Assembly: GCA_965228735.1 (NCBI GenBank)
Contig: OZ245838.1
Location: forward strand, 5,920,001 to 5,984,000
Direction of reading: 5' to 3'
Source of the DNA: Planctomycetota bacterium
Lineage (GTDB): Bacteria; Planctomycetota; UBA1135; UBA2386
DNA length: 64,000 nt
How positions within the stretch are numbered: the stretch's first letter is position 1; each line of letters begins with the position of its first letter. The notes below the pieces were generated by a model that saw nothing but the letters and a program-made list of their open reading frames with translations, searched no databases and was not told where the DNA came from. Positions 44,139 through 54,296 of the stretch are shown in pieces. The position numbers and the translations under genes are program-made.

Positions 44139-47081
44139 ATGTTCACTTTGCAGATTCTGGACCAGGGTCAGACCCTGCTCTTTCCGCTGCCCTCGGGGAA
44201 GGCCATTCTCGGCTCCGACGAGGCGTCCGACATCCGGCTCGGTGAGGCGGGGGTCGAGCCCGCGCACGTCCGCTTCGATTCGAGCAGCGGTGGCGTGCTG
44301 TTGACCCCGTTGGCGCCGATCAAACTCAATGGTGAGGCGATCGCCGATGCCGGCGACGAAGCCGTGCGGCTCGAGCTCGGCGACCGGCTCGAGGTCGGCC
44401 GCGCGGTCGCGGTGGTCGGCCGATCGGTTGCGCGGGCCGCGGCGCCCGACGACGTGCTCGATGGCCCGCGGCGCAGCGCCGGCCGGCGGCGGCAGGCGGC
44501 GCCGCCGAACCGCTCGAAGCTGCCGTTCATCGCCATCGGCGCGGCGATCGTGCTCGTGGCTCTGCTCGGGGTTCTGAGCAGCAGCGCCGCGGACGAGATC
44601 GACGGCGAACTCTCCGTGATCGTGCTCGCGCGCGACAAGGGCGACATCGCGCACGCGCGGCGCTACGTCGGCATCCTGCGCGAGCGGTGGCAGGGCGAGA
44701 CCGACGGCCGACTCGATCAACTCGAGGCCGAGGCCGCGAAGGTCGAGGCGATCGCGACCGCGGAAGCCAAGCTCGAACGGCAGGTGCTCGATCCGACGAG
44801 CGGCACCTACGCCGCGTGGGTACGGCGACTGCAGCGCATCGAGACGAGCGGCGAGGATCACGAGCGCATCGCGGCGCGACTGTTGCGCTCACGATTGCGG
44901 GAAACTCTGGCGACGCGTTCGGCTGCCCCGGTGCCGGTCGCGGCTGGCCCCCAGGTCGATGACTCCGCGGGCGCGAGCGACGGCGGCAATGCGACGGCGG
45001 AGCCCGCGCCGCAACGGCCCGACGTCGAGGCGGCCGCAGTCGTCGCTGATGCGGACCGTCTCGTCGAACAAGGGCTCTACGTGCAGGCGCTCGAACTGCT
45101 GCGTTCCCAGATGGGCGCTTCGACCGACGCGGTCGTCGTGGACACCCTGCGGCGCCGTTTCGAAGCCATCGAGGCTGCCGCGCTCACGGCGATGCAGGCG
45201 CTCGTTGCGGGCGCCGAGTCCGCTGCCCAGGCCGGTGACTCGAGCGCCGCGATCACCAAGCTGGCGCTCGCACAGCATCGCTTCCCGGCCGGTGCGCGGT
45301 TCCATGTGCTCGGTGAGACGCTCGCGCGGCTCGAGTCCGCGGCGCGCGAGGAACAGCGGTCGGGAACGCCGGTGGCCCGCGGGCCGAAGAACGCGGGCAG
45401 TGCCGCGACTCCGGCCTTGCCGATGCCGACGCCGACACCCGGGCCCGGCACCGGCGACGCCGTGTCCATCAGCCAGCTGCGTGATCAGCTCGATCGCATC
45501 CGAGACGCCGAAGCCGCGGGCGCCTTTGCGCGCGCGGCGACGCTGCTGCGCAGCACGATCGCGGGCGTCGAGGACCGCGATCCCGACTACGCCGGACGAC
45601 TCGCGGCCCGCGCGCGCGAGGCCGAGCAGCGCGCCGCGTTCCATGCGGCCGTTCGACAGGCGCTCGACGGGGGCAAGTCCTTCGCGGTCGAACTCCACGA
45701 CGGTGGCGAGCTGCAGCTCGACGGCGCCACCGACGACAGCCTGCGGGCCGGGCAGCGGGTCGTGCAGTGGCCGGAACTCGGACCTGCGGGGATCGCGGCG
45801 CTCGCCAAAGGGGTCGCGCCCGCTGGCGCCGCCGCCGCCGGGGCCGCGTCGTTGCTCTACGCCGCGGGTGATGCGGCGGCAGCGGAGCAGCTGCTGGTCG
45901 CCGACGTGCGCGCCGATCCTGCCCGGCAGGACGCGGTCGCGGAGGTGCTCGCGCGCGGTCGCGGTGACGCGCCGGGCTCCGGCTACGAGCTCCGCGGCAG
46001 CCAGTTCGTTGCCGTTCATGCGATCGAGGTCGAGAAGGCCGCCGACAAGATCGCGTCGCGGATCGATGGTGTGTTTCGCAAGCGCGACGCGGACGCGCGA
46101 CGCGAGTTCGTCGACGAGTTGTTGCGGGAGGGGCCCGAGCACCTCGCCGCGATCGGCGTCGCGTTCCAGCGCGACCTGGCGAAGCAGATCGACAAGCTCG
46201 AGGGCAGCCCGCTGCGGAAGCAGATCCAGACGCTGGAAGAGCAGCGCGAGGCGCTCGATCGCGCGCGCATCCACGCCAAGGAGCTGATCTACGACGAGGA
46301 GAAGTACTTCTACCCCTACAAGCCGCCGGCGGTCAGCGGCGAACGCCACGCGGAGTACGTGCGCGTGCAGGCCGAGGTCAACCGCCGCATCGGTGCGCTG
46401 CGGGCGCTTTGGCTCGACCGGCGCTTCAGCGTGCGCGTGCCGCGTTCGCTGCGCACCGCGCTCGAGCGCATCGAGTGGGACACGCGGGTGCTGCAGCGGG
46501 TCGGCGCGTTCGACGCGCGGCAGATCGCGAGCATCGGTTGGGCGCGCGCCGTGCCCGCGGTGCGCAACATCACGATCGCCGAGTACTGCAGGACACCCGA
46601 GGAGCGCGACGAGCTGCTGCTATGGCAGCGCATCGAGGAATACAACAAGGCCGTTGGCCGTGACCTGTCGTCGAGCGTTCGAGAGCTGTTGCGGATCACG
46701 AACGATTACCGGCTGATGTACCGGCACCGGCCGCTCGCGGTCGCGCCGAAGGTCTGCGCCGCGGCGCAGGGGCACGCCGAAGAGATGTCACGGCTCGGCT
46801 ACTTCGCCCACATGTCGCCGACGCCGGAGCGGCGCACGCCGTTCGATCGCATGAAGCTCGCGGGCTACAGCTACGGCGTGAGCGAGAACATCGCGCTCAA
46901 CGGTTCGGCGATGGGGGCGCACAACTCGTGGCTCGGCTCGAGCGGTCATCACCGCAACCTGCTGCACCCCGACCATCGTGAGATGGGGATCGGTGTCGAT
47001 GGCCGCAACTGGGTCGAGAACTTCGGGCGCGGCAAGACCTACGAACGTCACGAAGCGTTCGAGGACGCCGGCGGTCGCTAG
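44139..47081 (+). CDS. FHA-like - TM - helical repeats - CAP/SCP domain protein
   Basis: N-terminal FHA-like region (LGSDEASDIRL...H...LNG...LELGDRLEVG), TM at ~aa 130-147, C-terminal CAP motifs (NDYR, AAQGHAEEM...YFAH, SENIA, W..S.GH..N.L). Confidence 0.85.
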   Translation: MFTLQILDQGQTLLFPLPSGKAILGSDEASDIRLGEAGVEPAHVRFDSSSGGVLLTPLAPIKLNGEAIADAGDEAVRLELGDRLEVGRAVAVVGRSVARAAAPDDVLDGPRRSAGRRRQAAPPNRSKLPFIAIGAAIVLVALLGVLSSSAADEIDGELSVIVLARDKGDIAHARRYVGILRERWQGETDGRLDQLEAEAAKVEAIATAEAKLERQVLDPTSGTYAAWVRRLQRIETSGEDHERIAARLLRSRLRETLATRSAAPVPVAAGPQVDDSAGASDGGNATAEPAPQRPDVEAAAVVADADRLVEQGLYVQALELLRSQMGASTDAVVVDTLRRRFEAIEAAALTAMQALVAGAESAAQAGDSSAAITKLALAQHRFPAGARFHVLGETLARLESAAREEQRSGTPVARGPKNAGSAATPALPMPTPTPGPGTGDAVSISQLRDQLDRIRDAEAAGAFARAATLLRSTIAGVEDRDPDYAGRLAARAREAEQRAAFHAAVRQALDGGKSFAVELHDGGELQLDGATDDSLRAGQRVVQWPELGPAGIAALAKGVAPAGAAAAGAASLLYAAGDAAAAEQLLVADVRADPARQDAVAEVLARGRGDAPGSGYELRGSQFVAVHAIEVEKAADKIASRIDGVFRKRDADARREFVDELLREGPEHLAAIGVAFQRDLAKQIDKLEGSPLRKQIQTLEEQREALDRARIHAKELIYDEEKYFYPYKPPAVSGERHAEYVRVQAEVNRRIGALRALWLDRRFSVRVPRSLRTALERIEWDTRVLQRVGAFDARQIASIGWARAVPAVRNITIAEYCRTPEERDELLLWQRIEEYNKAVGRDLSSSVRELLRITNDYRLMYRHRPLAVAPKVCAAAQGHAEEMSRLGYFAHMSPTPERRTPFDRMKLAGYSYGVSENIALNGSAMGAHNSWLGSSGHHRNLLHPDHREMGIGVDGRNWVENFGRGKTYERHEAFEDAGGR

Positions 47082-47645
47082 TCAGTCCCCGTTGACCGCG
47101 GCCCAGGCCGCGGCCGGCGTGCCGAGCGGCCGCGCGTCGCTGCCGACCGGCTGCAGGTGATACTGCCAGAACGCGACGTCGTGCCAGGCGCCGTGTTTGA
47201 AGCCGGCTTCCTTCACCGTGCCGCGGTGCACGAAGCCGAGCTTCTCGTGCAGGCGAGTGGAGCCGGGGTTGGGCATGGTCGCGCCGCCGATGACGGTGTG
47301 GAAGCCCTGCTCCCGCAAGACGTCGAGGAGGCGCCGGTACAGCGGCGCGCCGTAGCCCCGGCCGCAGTGCTCGGGTGTGAAGTAGATGCCGCTCTCGACG
47401 ATCCAGTCGTAGGCCTGCCGCGCGCGGAACGTGCCGGCCTTGGCGTAGCCGATCACGGCGGCGTCGAGCTCGGCGACGAGCCAGGGGAAGCGATCCTCGT
47501 GTGTCCGCCAGAATTCGCGCAGCTCGTCGCCCGAGACGTCGTCGTAGCCGAAGTGGATCGACGTCGTGCGGATGTAGTGGTTGGTGATCTGCGCGATCGC
47601 GTCGAAGTCGTCGACCCGGGCCGGGCGGTGCAGAGGCGTCGTCAC
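47082..47645 (-). CDS. GNAT N-acetyltransferase, PAT/YncA family
   Basis: FPWLVA, GYA...FRAR.AY, ESGIY, GRGYG, PNPGSTRLHEKLGF, GFKHGAWHDV. Confidence 0.92.
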   Translation of the reverse strand: MTTPLHRPARVDDFDAIAQITNHYIRTTSIHFGYDDVSGDELREFWRTHEDRFPWLVAELDAAVIGYAKAGTFRARQAYDWIVESGIYFTPEHCGRGYGAPLYRRLLDVLREQGFHTVIGGATMPNPGSTRLHEKLGFVHRGTVKEAGFKHGAWHDVAFWQYHLQPVGSDARPLGTPAAAWAAVNGD

Positions 47646-48670
47646 GGCTTCCTGCTCTGGTCCCCATGCCGGTCGCCACGCGGATCCCCGTCCCGGTCGT
47701 CCACCAGGCGCCGGGCTTCACGGCTCGGCAGCGCCGTCCCGGCGATCACCCGGTCGCGCGCTGCTCGGAGCGCGGCCGCGGCGGCGGGGTCGGCGAGGAA
47801 CGAGGCGAGCAGGCGTTCGCGCACGACGGTGTCGAGCCACTGGCCGGCCTGCTGGCGCCGACGTTCGTCGAGCTGACCGCTCGTCCTGGCCGCCTCGAGC
47901 CGCGCGCGGATCGCGTCCCACGCCTCGAGGATGCCGGTGCCCGTCACGGACGAGGCGACGTGCACCGGAGGCGGCGTCGCATCGCCGGGATGGAGCACGC
48001 GCATCGCCAGCAGGCACTGCTGCGCCGCGCGGTCCGCCGCGGGCGCGAGATCGCCGTCGGCCTTGTGCACGAGCACGCCGTCCGCGAGCTCCATGACGCC
48101 GCGCTTGATGCCCTGCAGTTCGTCGCCGGCGGCGGGCGAGAGGAGCAGCAGGAAGAAGTCGACCATGCCGTGCACGGCGGTCTCCGACTGGCCGGTGCCG
48201 ATCGTCTCCACGAACACGACGTCGAAGCCGGCGGCCTCGCACAGCAGCATCGCCTCGCGCGTGCGGGACGCGACACCGCCGGGCGTTTCGCCACCCGGCG
48301 ACGGCCGGATGAACGCGTTCGCGTGCTGCGACAGCGCGGTCATGCGCGTCTTGTCGCCGAGAATGCTGCCGCCCGACACCGACGAACTCGGGTCCACGGC
48401 GAGCACCGCGACCTTGTGGCCGCGATCGCACAGCTGCACGCCGAGCGTCTCGATGAGCGTGCTCTTGCCGACCCCGGGCGCGCCCGTGATTCCGATCCGC
48501 AGCGCGTTGCCGGCGTGCGGCAACAGCTCGAGGAGCAGCGCGTCCGCGGCATCGGCGTCGCGTTCCCGCCGGCTCTCGATCAGCGTGATCGCGCGCGCGA
48601 GCGCGCGCCGGTCGCCGGCGCGGACGTCGGCGGCGCGCACGCTGACGGTCGGGTGGCCGGACTCGCTCAC
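47642..48670 (-). CDS. meaB: Methylmalonyl-CoA mutase-associated GTPase MeaB/ArgK
   Basis: ALARAITLIES, GAPGVGKST, AVDPSS..SGGSILGDKTRM, ETIGTGQSE, GDELQGIKRG. Confidence 0.96.
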   Translation of the reverse strand: MSESGHPTVSVRAADVRAGDRRALARAITLIESRRERDADAADALLLELLPHAGNALRIGITGAPGVGKSTLIETLGVQLCDRGHKVAVLAVDPSSSVSGGSILGDKTRMTALSQHANAFIRPSPGGETPGGVASRTREAMLLCEAAGFDVVFVETIGTGQSETAVHGMVDFFLLLLSPAAGDELQGIKRGVMELADGVLVHKADGDLAPAADRAAQQCLLAMRVLHPGDATPPPVHVASSVTGTGILEAWDAIRARLEAARTSGQLDERRRQQAGQWLDTVVRERLLASFLADPAAAAALRAARDRVIAGTALPSREARRLVDDRDGDPRGDRHGDQSRKP

Positions 48671-48680
48671 GGCGCGCAGC

Positions 48681-49844
48681 CTACTGCGCGCGGTCTTCGG
48701 CGACCAGCTTGCAGTAGGCGGCGTAGCGCGCGGCGTCGAGCTCCTCCGCGTCGACGGCGGCGCGGACGGCGCAGCCGGGCTCGTGTTCGTGGCGACAGTC
48801 GCGGAAGCGGCAACCCGCACCGAGTTCGACGATCTCCGGGAACGCGGCGGCGATGCCGTCGGCCGCGGCGACGAGTCCGAACATCCGCACTCCGGGCGTG
48901 TCGATCAGCTGCGTGCCGTCTGCCAGGCGCCTGAGTTGTGAACTCGTGGTCGTGTGGCGGCCGCGGCGGTCGCTCGCCCGAACGTCGCCCGTGCGACGGT
49001 CGGGCTGCGGATCGAGGCGATTGAGCAGCGTCGACTTACCCACACCGCTGTGGCCGACGAACGCGGCGGTGCGGCCGCCGAGTCGGGCGCGCAGCTCCTC
49101 GACGCCGAAGCCCTGCTGGGCCGACGTGAACAACACGGGCAGCCCGGACGCCACGAAGGGTTCGAGCGCCCGATCCAGCTCGGCGCGGTCGTGCGGCAGA
49201 TCACACTTGTTGATGCAGAGCACGAGCGCGGCGCCGCTCTCGGCCGTCGCTGCCCGCAGTCGATCGACGAGACCCGTGCGCGGGCGCTCGGCCGAGAGCA
49301 CGAGCACGACGTCGTCGACGTTGGCCGCGAGCACGTGCCGGCGATCGTCGGCGCCGCCGTCCCGGCGGGCGAGCTCGCTGCGGCGCGGCTGCACGGCCAC
49401 GACGAGCGGGTCGGCGCCGTTCCGTTCGTGCACCGTGACGCGATCTCCGACCGCGACCGCGCTGCGTTGTTCCTGCGCGAGGTCGTGGTCGAGCAACGCC
49501 GTCACTTCTTGGTCGGCCGGGTCGTCGGTCAGGAACCGGGCGCGGCCCTGCCCGAGCCATACGATCGTGGCCTCGAACTCGGCGCTGTTCGGCCGGAACT
49601 CCGCGGTCGAACGGCGCTGGCGGTGCGCGCCGGAACTGCCCGGCGGCCGCCGGTGCATCTTCTGGAAGTCGGCCGCGCTGCCGTCGTCGTCGCTGACGTC
49701 ACGGCCGGAGCCGGCGTCATCGTCCCGCCAGCGCCCGCGCTGGTGGCGCCGCGCCTTGCGCTGCTTCTGCTCGTCGTAGCTCTCGAGATGCCGGATCTGC
49801 CGGCGGAATCGTTGTCGTGTTCTCTCTTTGTCGTTGCTGTCCAT
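48681..49844 (-). CDS. rsgA: Ribosome small subunit-dependent GTPase RsgA with charged N-terminal extension
   Basis: AVGDRV OB fold, AANVD, NKCD, GHSGVGKS, GRHTTT, DTPG, Zn finger CRFRDC.H..EPGC. Confidence 0.95.
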   Translation of the reverse strand: MDSNDKERTRQRFRRQIRHLESYDEQKQRKARRHQRGRWRDDDAGSGRDVSDDDGSAADFQKMHRRPPGSSGAHRQRRSTAEFRPNSAEFEATIVWLGQGRARFLTDDPADQEVTALLDHDLAQEQRSAVAVGDRVTVHERNGADPLVVAVQPRRSELARRDGGADDRRHVLAANVDDVVLVLSAERPRTGLVDRLRAATAESGAALVLCINKCDLPHDRAELDRALEPFVASGLPVLFTSAQQGFGVEELRARLGGRTAAFVGHSGVGKSTLLNRLDPQPDRRTGDVRASDRRGRHTTTSSQLRRLADGTQLIDTPGVRMFGLVAAADGIAAAFPEIVELGAGCRFRDCRHEHEPGCAVRAAVDAEELDAARYAAYCKLVAEDRAQ

Positions 49845-49995
49845 CGCTCGTGTGCCTGTCGGGCGGGGCGACCGATGTCGCCACCGCGGACCTGGCCGGC
49901 ACCGCGAACGACCGCGCCCCAGGAATCATCGTTGGGGCGGTACGGACCGCTGGCGCCGACCGGAATCTTCGAACCGGAAACTCAGGGGGCCTCGC

Positions 49996-50037
49996 TCAGA
50001 GCGAGGCAGCGACAGCGACAGCGTGGAGCGTCGTCAT
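49996..50037 (-). promoter_or_regulatory. Putative leader uORF MTTLHAVAVAASL upstream of rsgA
   Basis: ATG at 50037 to TGA at 49996, preceded by TACACT (50056-50051); 151 nt separate it from the rsgA start. Confidence 0.35.
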
Positions 50038-50100
50038 AGACAGCGCCCGGAGTGTAGCACGGCGCCGCGCGAGGCGTCGCCGCGCATCGCGCAGCGGGGC

Positions 50101-51489
50101 TCAGCGCACGCAGAAGTCGTCGATGGCGAGGTCGCCGTAGAAGAACTGCGAGCCCGCGGTGCCGTTCGTATAGAAGAGCTGGAACTGGACGTTCGCCGGC
50201 AGGCCGCCGCCGAGCGGCAGGCTGACCGGCGTCCAGTAGTCCGGGTCCGACACGGCCGGGCCCGAGAACGAACCGAGCAGCGTCGGGAACGTGCCGAGTC
50301 CGTCGCCCATGTAGACCTCGAGCGTTCCGATGTTCTCGCCGTTGCGGCTGAGCTGGAACGCGACCTCGGTCAGGCCGGCGCTCGGGTAGGTGGCCGTGTT
50401 CATGACGAACGTCGTGCCGAACGTCGCGGGCGAGCTGGCCTCGCAGTACATGTAGTTCCCGGCGCTGAACGCGGCGGCCGGTCCGGTGCCGAACGAGCCC
50501 GTGCCGTTGGCGTCGACCCGCCACTCCTGCTGGCCGCCGCCGTTGCTCCAGCCCGTCGGGTACGACCCGACGCCCTGCGCGAGGCCATCGAAGTCCTCGA
50601 AGTGCGGACAGGCCACGCCGAACAACTCGACCGTGTTGCTCGTGCAGACGACGGGGAACACGCCCGGGTTGTTGACCGTGTCGAGCACGAGGCCCTGCAG
50701 CCGCATCGAGAGCCCGTGGATCAGGAATGCGGCGGGGAACTGGAACGTCTGATCCGGTCCACCGACCGTGTTCGGTGGCAGCAGGATGTCGACGCCCGCG
50801 GGAGTCGAGCCGGCCCAGAGCTGGAACAGCCCGGGAATCGTCGCCGTGTTGCCGATCGGTGCGGGACCCCAGTTGAGCACCGTCGTGGCGAACTGACCGG
50901 TGTAGGTGCTGTTCGGGTCGCTGTAGTTCCAACTCAGGAACTCACCGGCAACGAACGACGTGTCGTTCGCCGACAGGCTGGCTGCGGGCAGTGCGGCATC
51001 AGCCGACGCGACCATCTGGATCCCGAGATCGCAGGTGAGCGTGATGTTGAAGTTGCCGGTGTCGCCGCCGGTCGTGCCGTCGTCCCAGCCGCCGACTCGG
51101 ACGTAGTACAGCGTTCCGGGCGTCGCCGTCCACGCCGCGGTCGACTGCCGGAAGCAGTCGTCGTCGTTGCAGGCCACCGACGTGAGCGCGGTGCAGCCGC
51201 CCGATCCGTCATAGACCTCGATGCAGGTGTCGAAATCGGACCCGCACGTGCTGACGCTGTGGCCGTTGCACTCGGCGACGTAGAGGAACCAGACGTCGTT
51301 GCCGCCGGTGACGCACGAGAACGCGGGTGCCGACGTCGTGCTGCCGACATTGGTGAACGGGCCGTTCGCTCCGAGCGTGATCGGGATGGCGCCCGGGCAA
51401 TCGTCGTTGGGGATCTGCGCGGTCGCAACGCCGGTGATGCCGAGGACCGCGGTGGCGAGGAGCAGGCGGGAATCGAGAGAGAGAAGCAT
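50101..51489 (-). CDS. Secreted protein: NDDC/PPC-like domain, internal copy of the shared domain, C-terminal MAM-like domain
   Basis: SD GGAGA; signal ATA-Q; PNDDC..A, DVWF, CNDDDC, YYVRVGG; LQGLVLD...TSN; MAM motifs TGP...GNYMYCEAS and GDLAIDD. Confidence 0.85.
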   Translation of the reverse strand: MLLSLDSRLLLATAVLGITGVATAQIPNDDCPGAIPITLGANGPFTNVGSTTSAPAFSCVTGGNDVWFLYVAECNGHSVSTCGSDFDTCIEVYDGSGGCTALTSVACNDDDCFRQSTAAWTATPGTLYYVRVGGWDDGTTGGDTGNFNITLTCDLGIQMVASADAALPAASLSANDTSFVAGEFLSWNYSDPNSTYTGQFATTVLNWGPAPIGNTATIPGLFQLWAGSTPAGVDILLPPNTVGGPDQTFQFPAAFLIHGLSMRLQGLVLDTVNNPGVFPVVCTSNTVELFGVACPHFEDFDGLAQGVGSYPTGWSNGGGQQEWRVDANGTGSFGTGPAAAFSAGNYMYCEASSPATFGTTFVMNTATYPSAGLTEVAFQLSRNGENIGTLEVYMGDGLGTFPTLLGSFSGPAVSDPDYWTPVSLPLGGGLPANVQFQLFYTNGTAGSQFFYGDLAIDDFCVR

Positions 51490-51817
51490 GTCGTCTCCAA
51501 TTGCGAGTTGAGAGATGCGCGAGCGCGGCGTGAGGCAGTTTGCACGCGTTCGCGATGCCAGGGCCCAATTCCCCGGCGCGGCCGATCGTATCTCGATCCG
51601 TCGGTGCCCGTCGGGTTCCCGGCCCGAACAGCAGGTCGTCGCCGTGCAGCGCGGAGCTTCGGCCCGGGCAGGATTCCTTGCCGGTGGGTTCGGCGATCGG
51701 CCCAAGTCCAGCTCACCGAGGATCTTCCGCGCTGCGCCGTGCCCGGGTTCGGGCGCCGCGCCCGGCCCGCGTCCCCGCTCGTCGTCGAGCGGGGACGGCG
51801 CGCCGGGCTTGTGGCTC

Positions 51818-53491
51818 TCAGTCGCGGGGCGACGCGGGCTTCGGCGGCTGGTCGTCGCCGGTGTCGGTGATCGCGGCCGCCGACGCCGCATCGCTGTCGT
51901 TGCCGGCTGCGCCGCCGTCGCCCGCGTCGCCTTCGTCCGCGGACGACTCGCCCGCCTTCGGATCGGTGCCGAGCACCTTGCCGAAGAACTCGGGCATCTG
52001 CACGCCGCCGATGTCCTTCATCATGCTGAGCATCGGCGGCAACGTGCTGCCGAGGTTCTGCAGGAAGCCCGATGTGGCCTTGCCGTGCTGGCTGTCCCAG
52101 ACGACGACCTTGTCGAACTTGATGTTGGAGATCGCCTTCGCCGCCGTCTCCGACAGCTGCTCCATGTGCTCGAGCATCAGGAGCTGGAACGCCTGTTGCG
52201 CGCCGCCACAGCCCGCCACGATGCGTTCGAGACCTTCCGCCTTCTTGGCCAGGATCTCGTACTCACCGCGCGCCTGCGCTTCGAGCCTCGCGAACACGGC
52301 TGCGGCTTCACCCTCGGCGACGATGCGGGCCTGCTGGGCCTGCGCCTCGGCGTCGACGATGTCCTTGGCCTTCTCGGCCTTCGCGACCGCTTCGAGCTCG
52401 GCGCGCTTCTCCTGTTCGAGCTTGCCCGCGAGCGCCTCGGCCGCGCGGGCCTCGGCCTGGTATTGGGCCTCGAGAACCGCGGCTTCGGACTCACGCTTTC
52501 GCGTTTCACCGAGTTGGTAGGCCTCGGCTTCTTTGACCGTCAGCGTGGCGTTGGCGTTCGCGACCTCGGCCTTGGACTTGTTCTCGCCGACGACCGCATT
52601 GGCGTTGGCCTCGGCGACGGCGATGCGCATCTCGCGCTCGCGGTCTTTGACCTTGGCTTCCTGTTCGAACGCCGCGGTCTGCTGGCCGACGATCGTGTCG
52701 CGCGTGAGCGCTGCGACCGTGACCTCGCGGTCACGCTCGGCCTGCTTCGTGCCGATGTCGCGGTCCTTCTCGGCGACCGAGACCTCGATCGCCTGCACAC
52801 GCTGCGCCTCCGCGACGCCGATCGCGCCCTTCTTCTGCTGCTCGGCGACGTCGATCTCGGCCTGTTGGATCGCTTCGGACGCGGCCTTGCGGCCGATGGC
52901 CTCGATGTAGCCCGACTCGTCGGTGATGTCGGTGATGTTCACGTTGATCAGCACGAGGCCGATCTTCACGAGTTCACCCTCGAGCGAGGTCTGGATGTTC
53001 TCGAGGAACTTGTCGCGGTCGCGGTTGATCTCCTCGATGCCCATCGACGCAATGACCTGACGCAGCTGTCCGAAGATGATGTCCTCGGCCTGCTTCATGA
53101 TGTCCTGCGTCTTGAGGCCGAGCAGGCGGATCGCCGCGTTCTGCATCACGTGTTCGTCCGTGCCGATCGCGACGGTGAACACGCTGGGCACGTTGACGCG
53201 GATGTTCTCGATCGACAGCGCGCCGCGCAGCGGCACCTCGATCTGGATCGGGTCGAGGTTGAGATAGTCGTACGACTGGATCAGCGGTACGACGAACGCG
53301 CCGCCACCGTGCAGGCAGCGCGACGACGTGCCGGACCGCACGCGGCCGTAGATGACTAGGATCTTGTTGCTCGGGCAGCGTTTGTACTGCTTGGCGAGCA
53401 TGAGGAAGAAGAGCAGACCGAACAGCACGGCCGCGGCCACCATGAGCCCGGTCCAGCCGCCAATCGAATCGACGAATCCCTGCAGCAGCAT
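51818..53491 (-). CDS. Flotillin-like SPFH protein
   Basis: N-terminal TM, YKRCPSNKIL, GQLRQVIA, INVNITDI, long AE-rich coiled coil. Confidence 0.93.
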   Translation of the reverse strand: MLLQGFVDSIGGWTGLMVAAAVLFGLLFFLMLAKQYKRCPSNKILVIYGRVRSGTSSRCLHGGGAFVVPLIQSYDYLNLDPIQIEVPLRGALSIENIRVNVPSVFTVAIGTDEHVMQNAAIRLLGLKTQDIMKQAEDIIFGQLRQVIASMGIEEINRDRDKFLENIQTSLEGELVKIGLVLINVNITDITDESGYIEAIGRKAASEAIQQAEIDVAEQQKKGAIGVAEAQRVQAIEVSVAEKDRDIGTKQAERDREVTVAALTRDTIVGQQTAAFEQEAKVKDREREMRIAVAEANANAVVGENKSKAEVANANATLTVKEAEAYQLGETRKRESEAAVLEAQYQAEARAAEALAGKLEQEKRAELEAVAKAEKAKDIVDAEAQAQQARIVAEGEAAAVFARLEAQARGEYEILAKKAEGLERIVAGCGGAQQAFQLLMLEHMEQLSETAAKAISNIKFDKVVVWDSQHGKATSGFLQNLGSTLPPMLSMMKDIGGVQMPEFFGKVLGTDPKAGESSADEGDAGDGGAAGNDSDAASAAAITDTGDDQPPKPASPRD

Positions 53492-54048
53492 CAGTTCTCC
53501 TGTTGAATGCGCGTGACCTCGAACGTGCCGGGTGCCGTCACGCGCTGCACCACGACCTCGGTTCCCGTCGGAATCTCTTCGCCGCCCGTCACCGCGCGGC
53601 GCGACAGCAGCCGCCCGCCGACGACGACGGTGATCTTGCCCGAGCCCGAGTGGTTTGCCGGCACGCGCAGCTCGACCTTCGCCGTGCTGCCGATCGCCGT
53701 ATTTGGGTCGACGTTGCCCTGTGACTGCAGCGAACGCATCCACTGCATGAGCTTGCCGACCATGAAGAACGCGAGCGAGCCGGCGCCCAGCGCGATCAAG
53801 AACGCGACCGTCGTGGTCGCGCCGGCCTCGAGCGACGCCATGCCGGCGAGACCGAAGAACGTTACGAACGCCGTGATCGTCTTGAGCGACAGCTCGAAGA
53901 GCACGCTCGTCGCTTCGATGTCCGACGCATCGACATCGGGCGATGCGTCGGCGTCGAACTCCGAGTCGCCACCCATGACTGCCATCAGCAGCATGAGCAC
54001 GAGCAGGCCGCCGCCGATCGCGGCGCAGTACAGATAGACGTTTTCCAT
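53491..54048 (-). CDS. NfeD-like (YuaF/YqiJ-type) membrane protein
   Basis: Three TMs plus C-terminal OB-like domain (GSTAKV..RVP....GKI...IPTGTEVVV); TGATG overlap with the flotillin gene. Confidence 0.88.
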   Translation of the reverse strand: MENVYLYCAAIGGGLLVLMLLMAVMGGDSEFDADASPDVDASDIEATSVLFELSLKTITAFVTFFGLAGMASLEAGATTTVAFLIALGAGSLAFFMVGKLMQWMRSLQSQGNVDPNTAIGSTAKVELRVPANHSGSGKITVVVGGRLLSRRAVTGGEEIPTGTEVVVQRVTAPGTFEVTRIQQEN

Positions 54049-54296
54049 GCGATTCCCGGTGGGGGCAGCCGGCAACGGTTGCACCGGCGAACACCCAGGT
54101 TGTAGCCGGGATCGGACGCGGACCCGTCGTTCACTCGCGCATTCGCGACGAGTTCGCGGGCTGGATCTCTCCTCAGGCGGGGGCTGCGTTTCGCTGCCGA
54201 CCTCGGCCTTGATTCGTGGCCGAAGCGGTCGTCAGACTGTCGCCGATTTGCCGCCGTGATTCGCGAGGGCGATGCGCTGGGCGCGACCGCAGCGGC

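Noticed and set aside
51818..54048. NfeD-like + flotillin pair as a novel system
   Set aside because: Established conserved operon (yuaF-floT / yqiJ-yqiK type).
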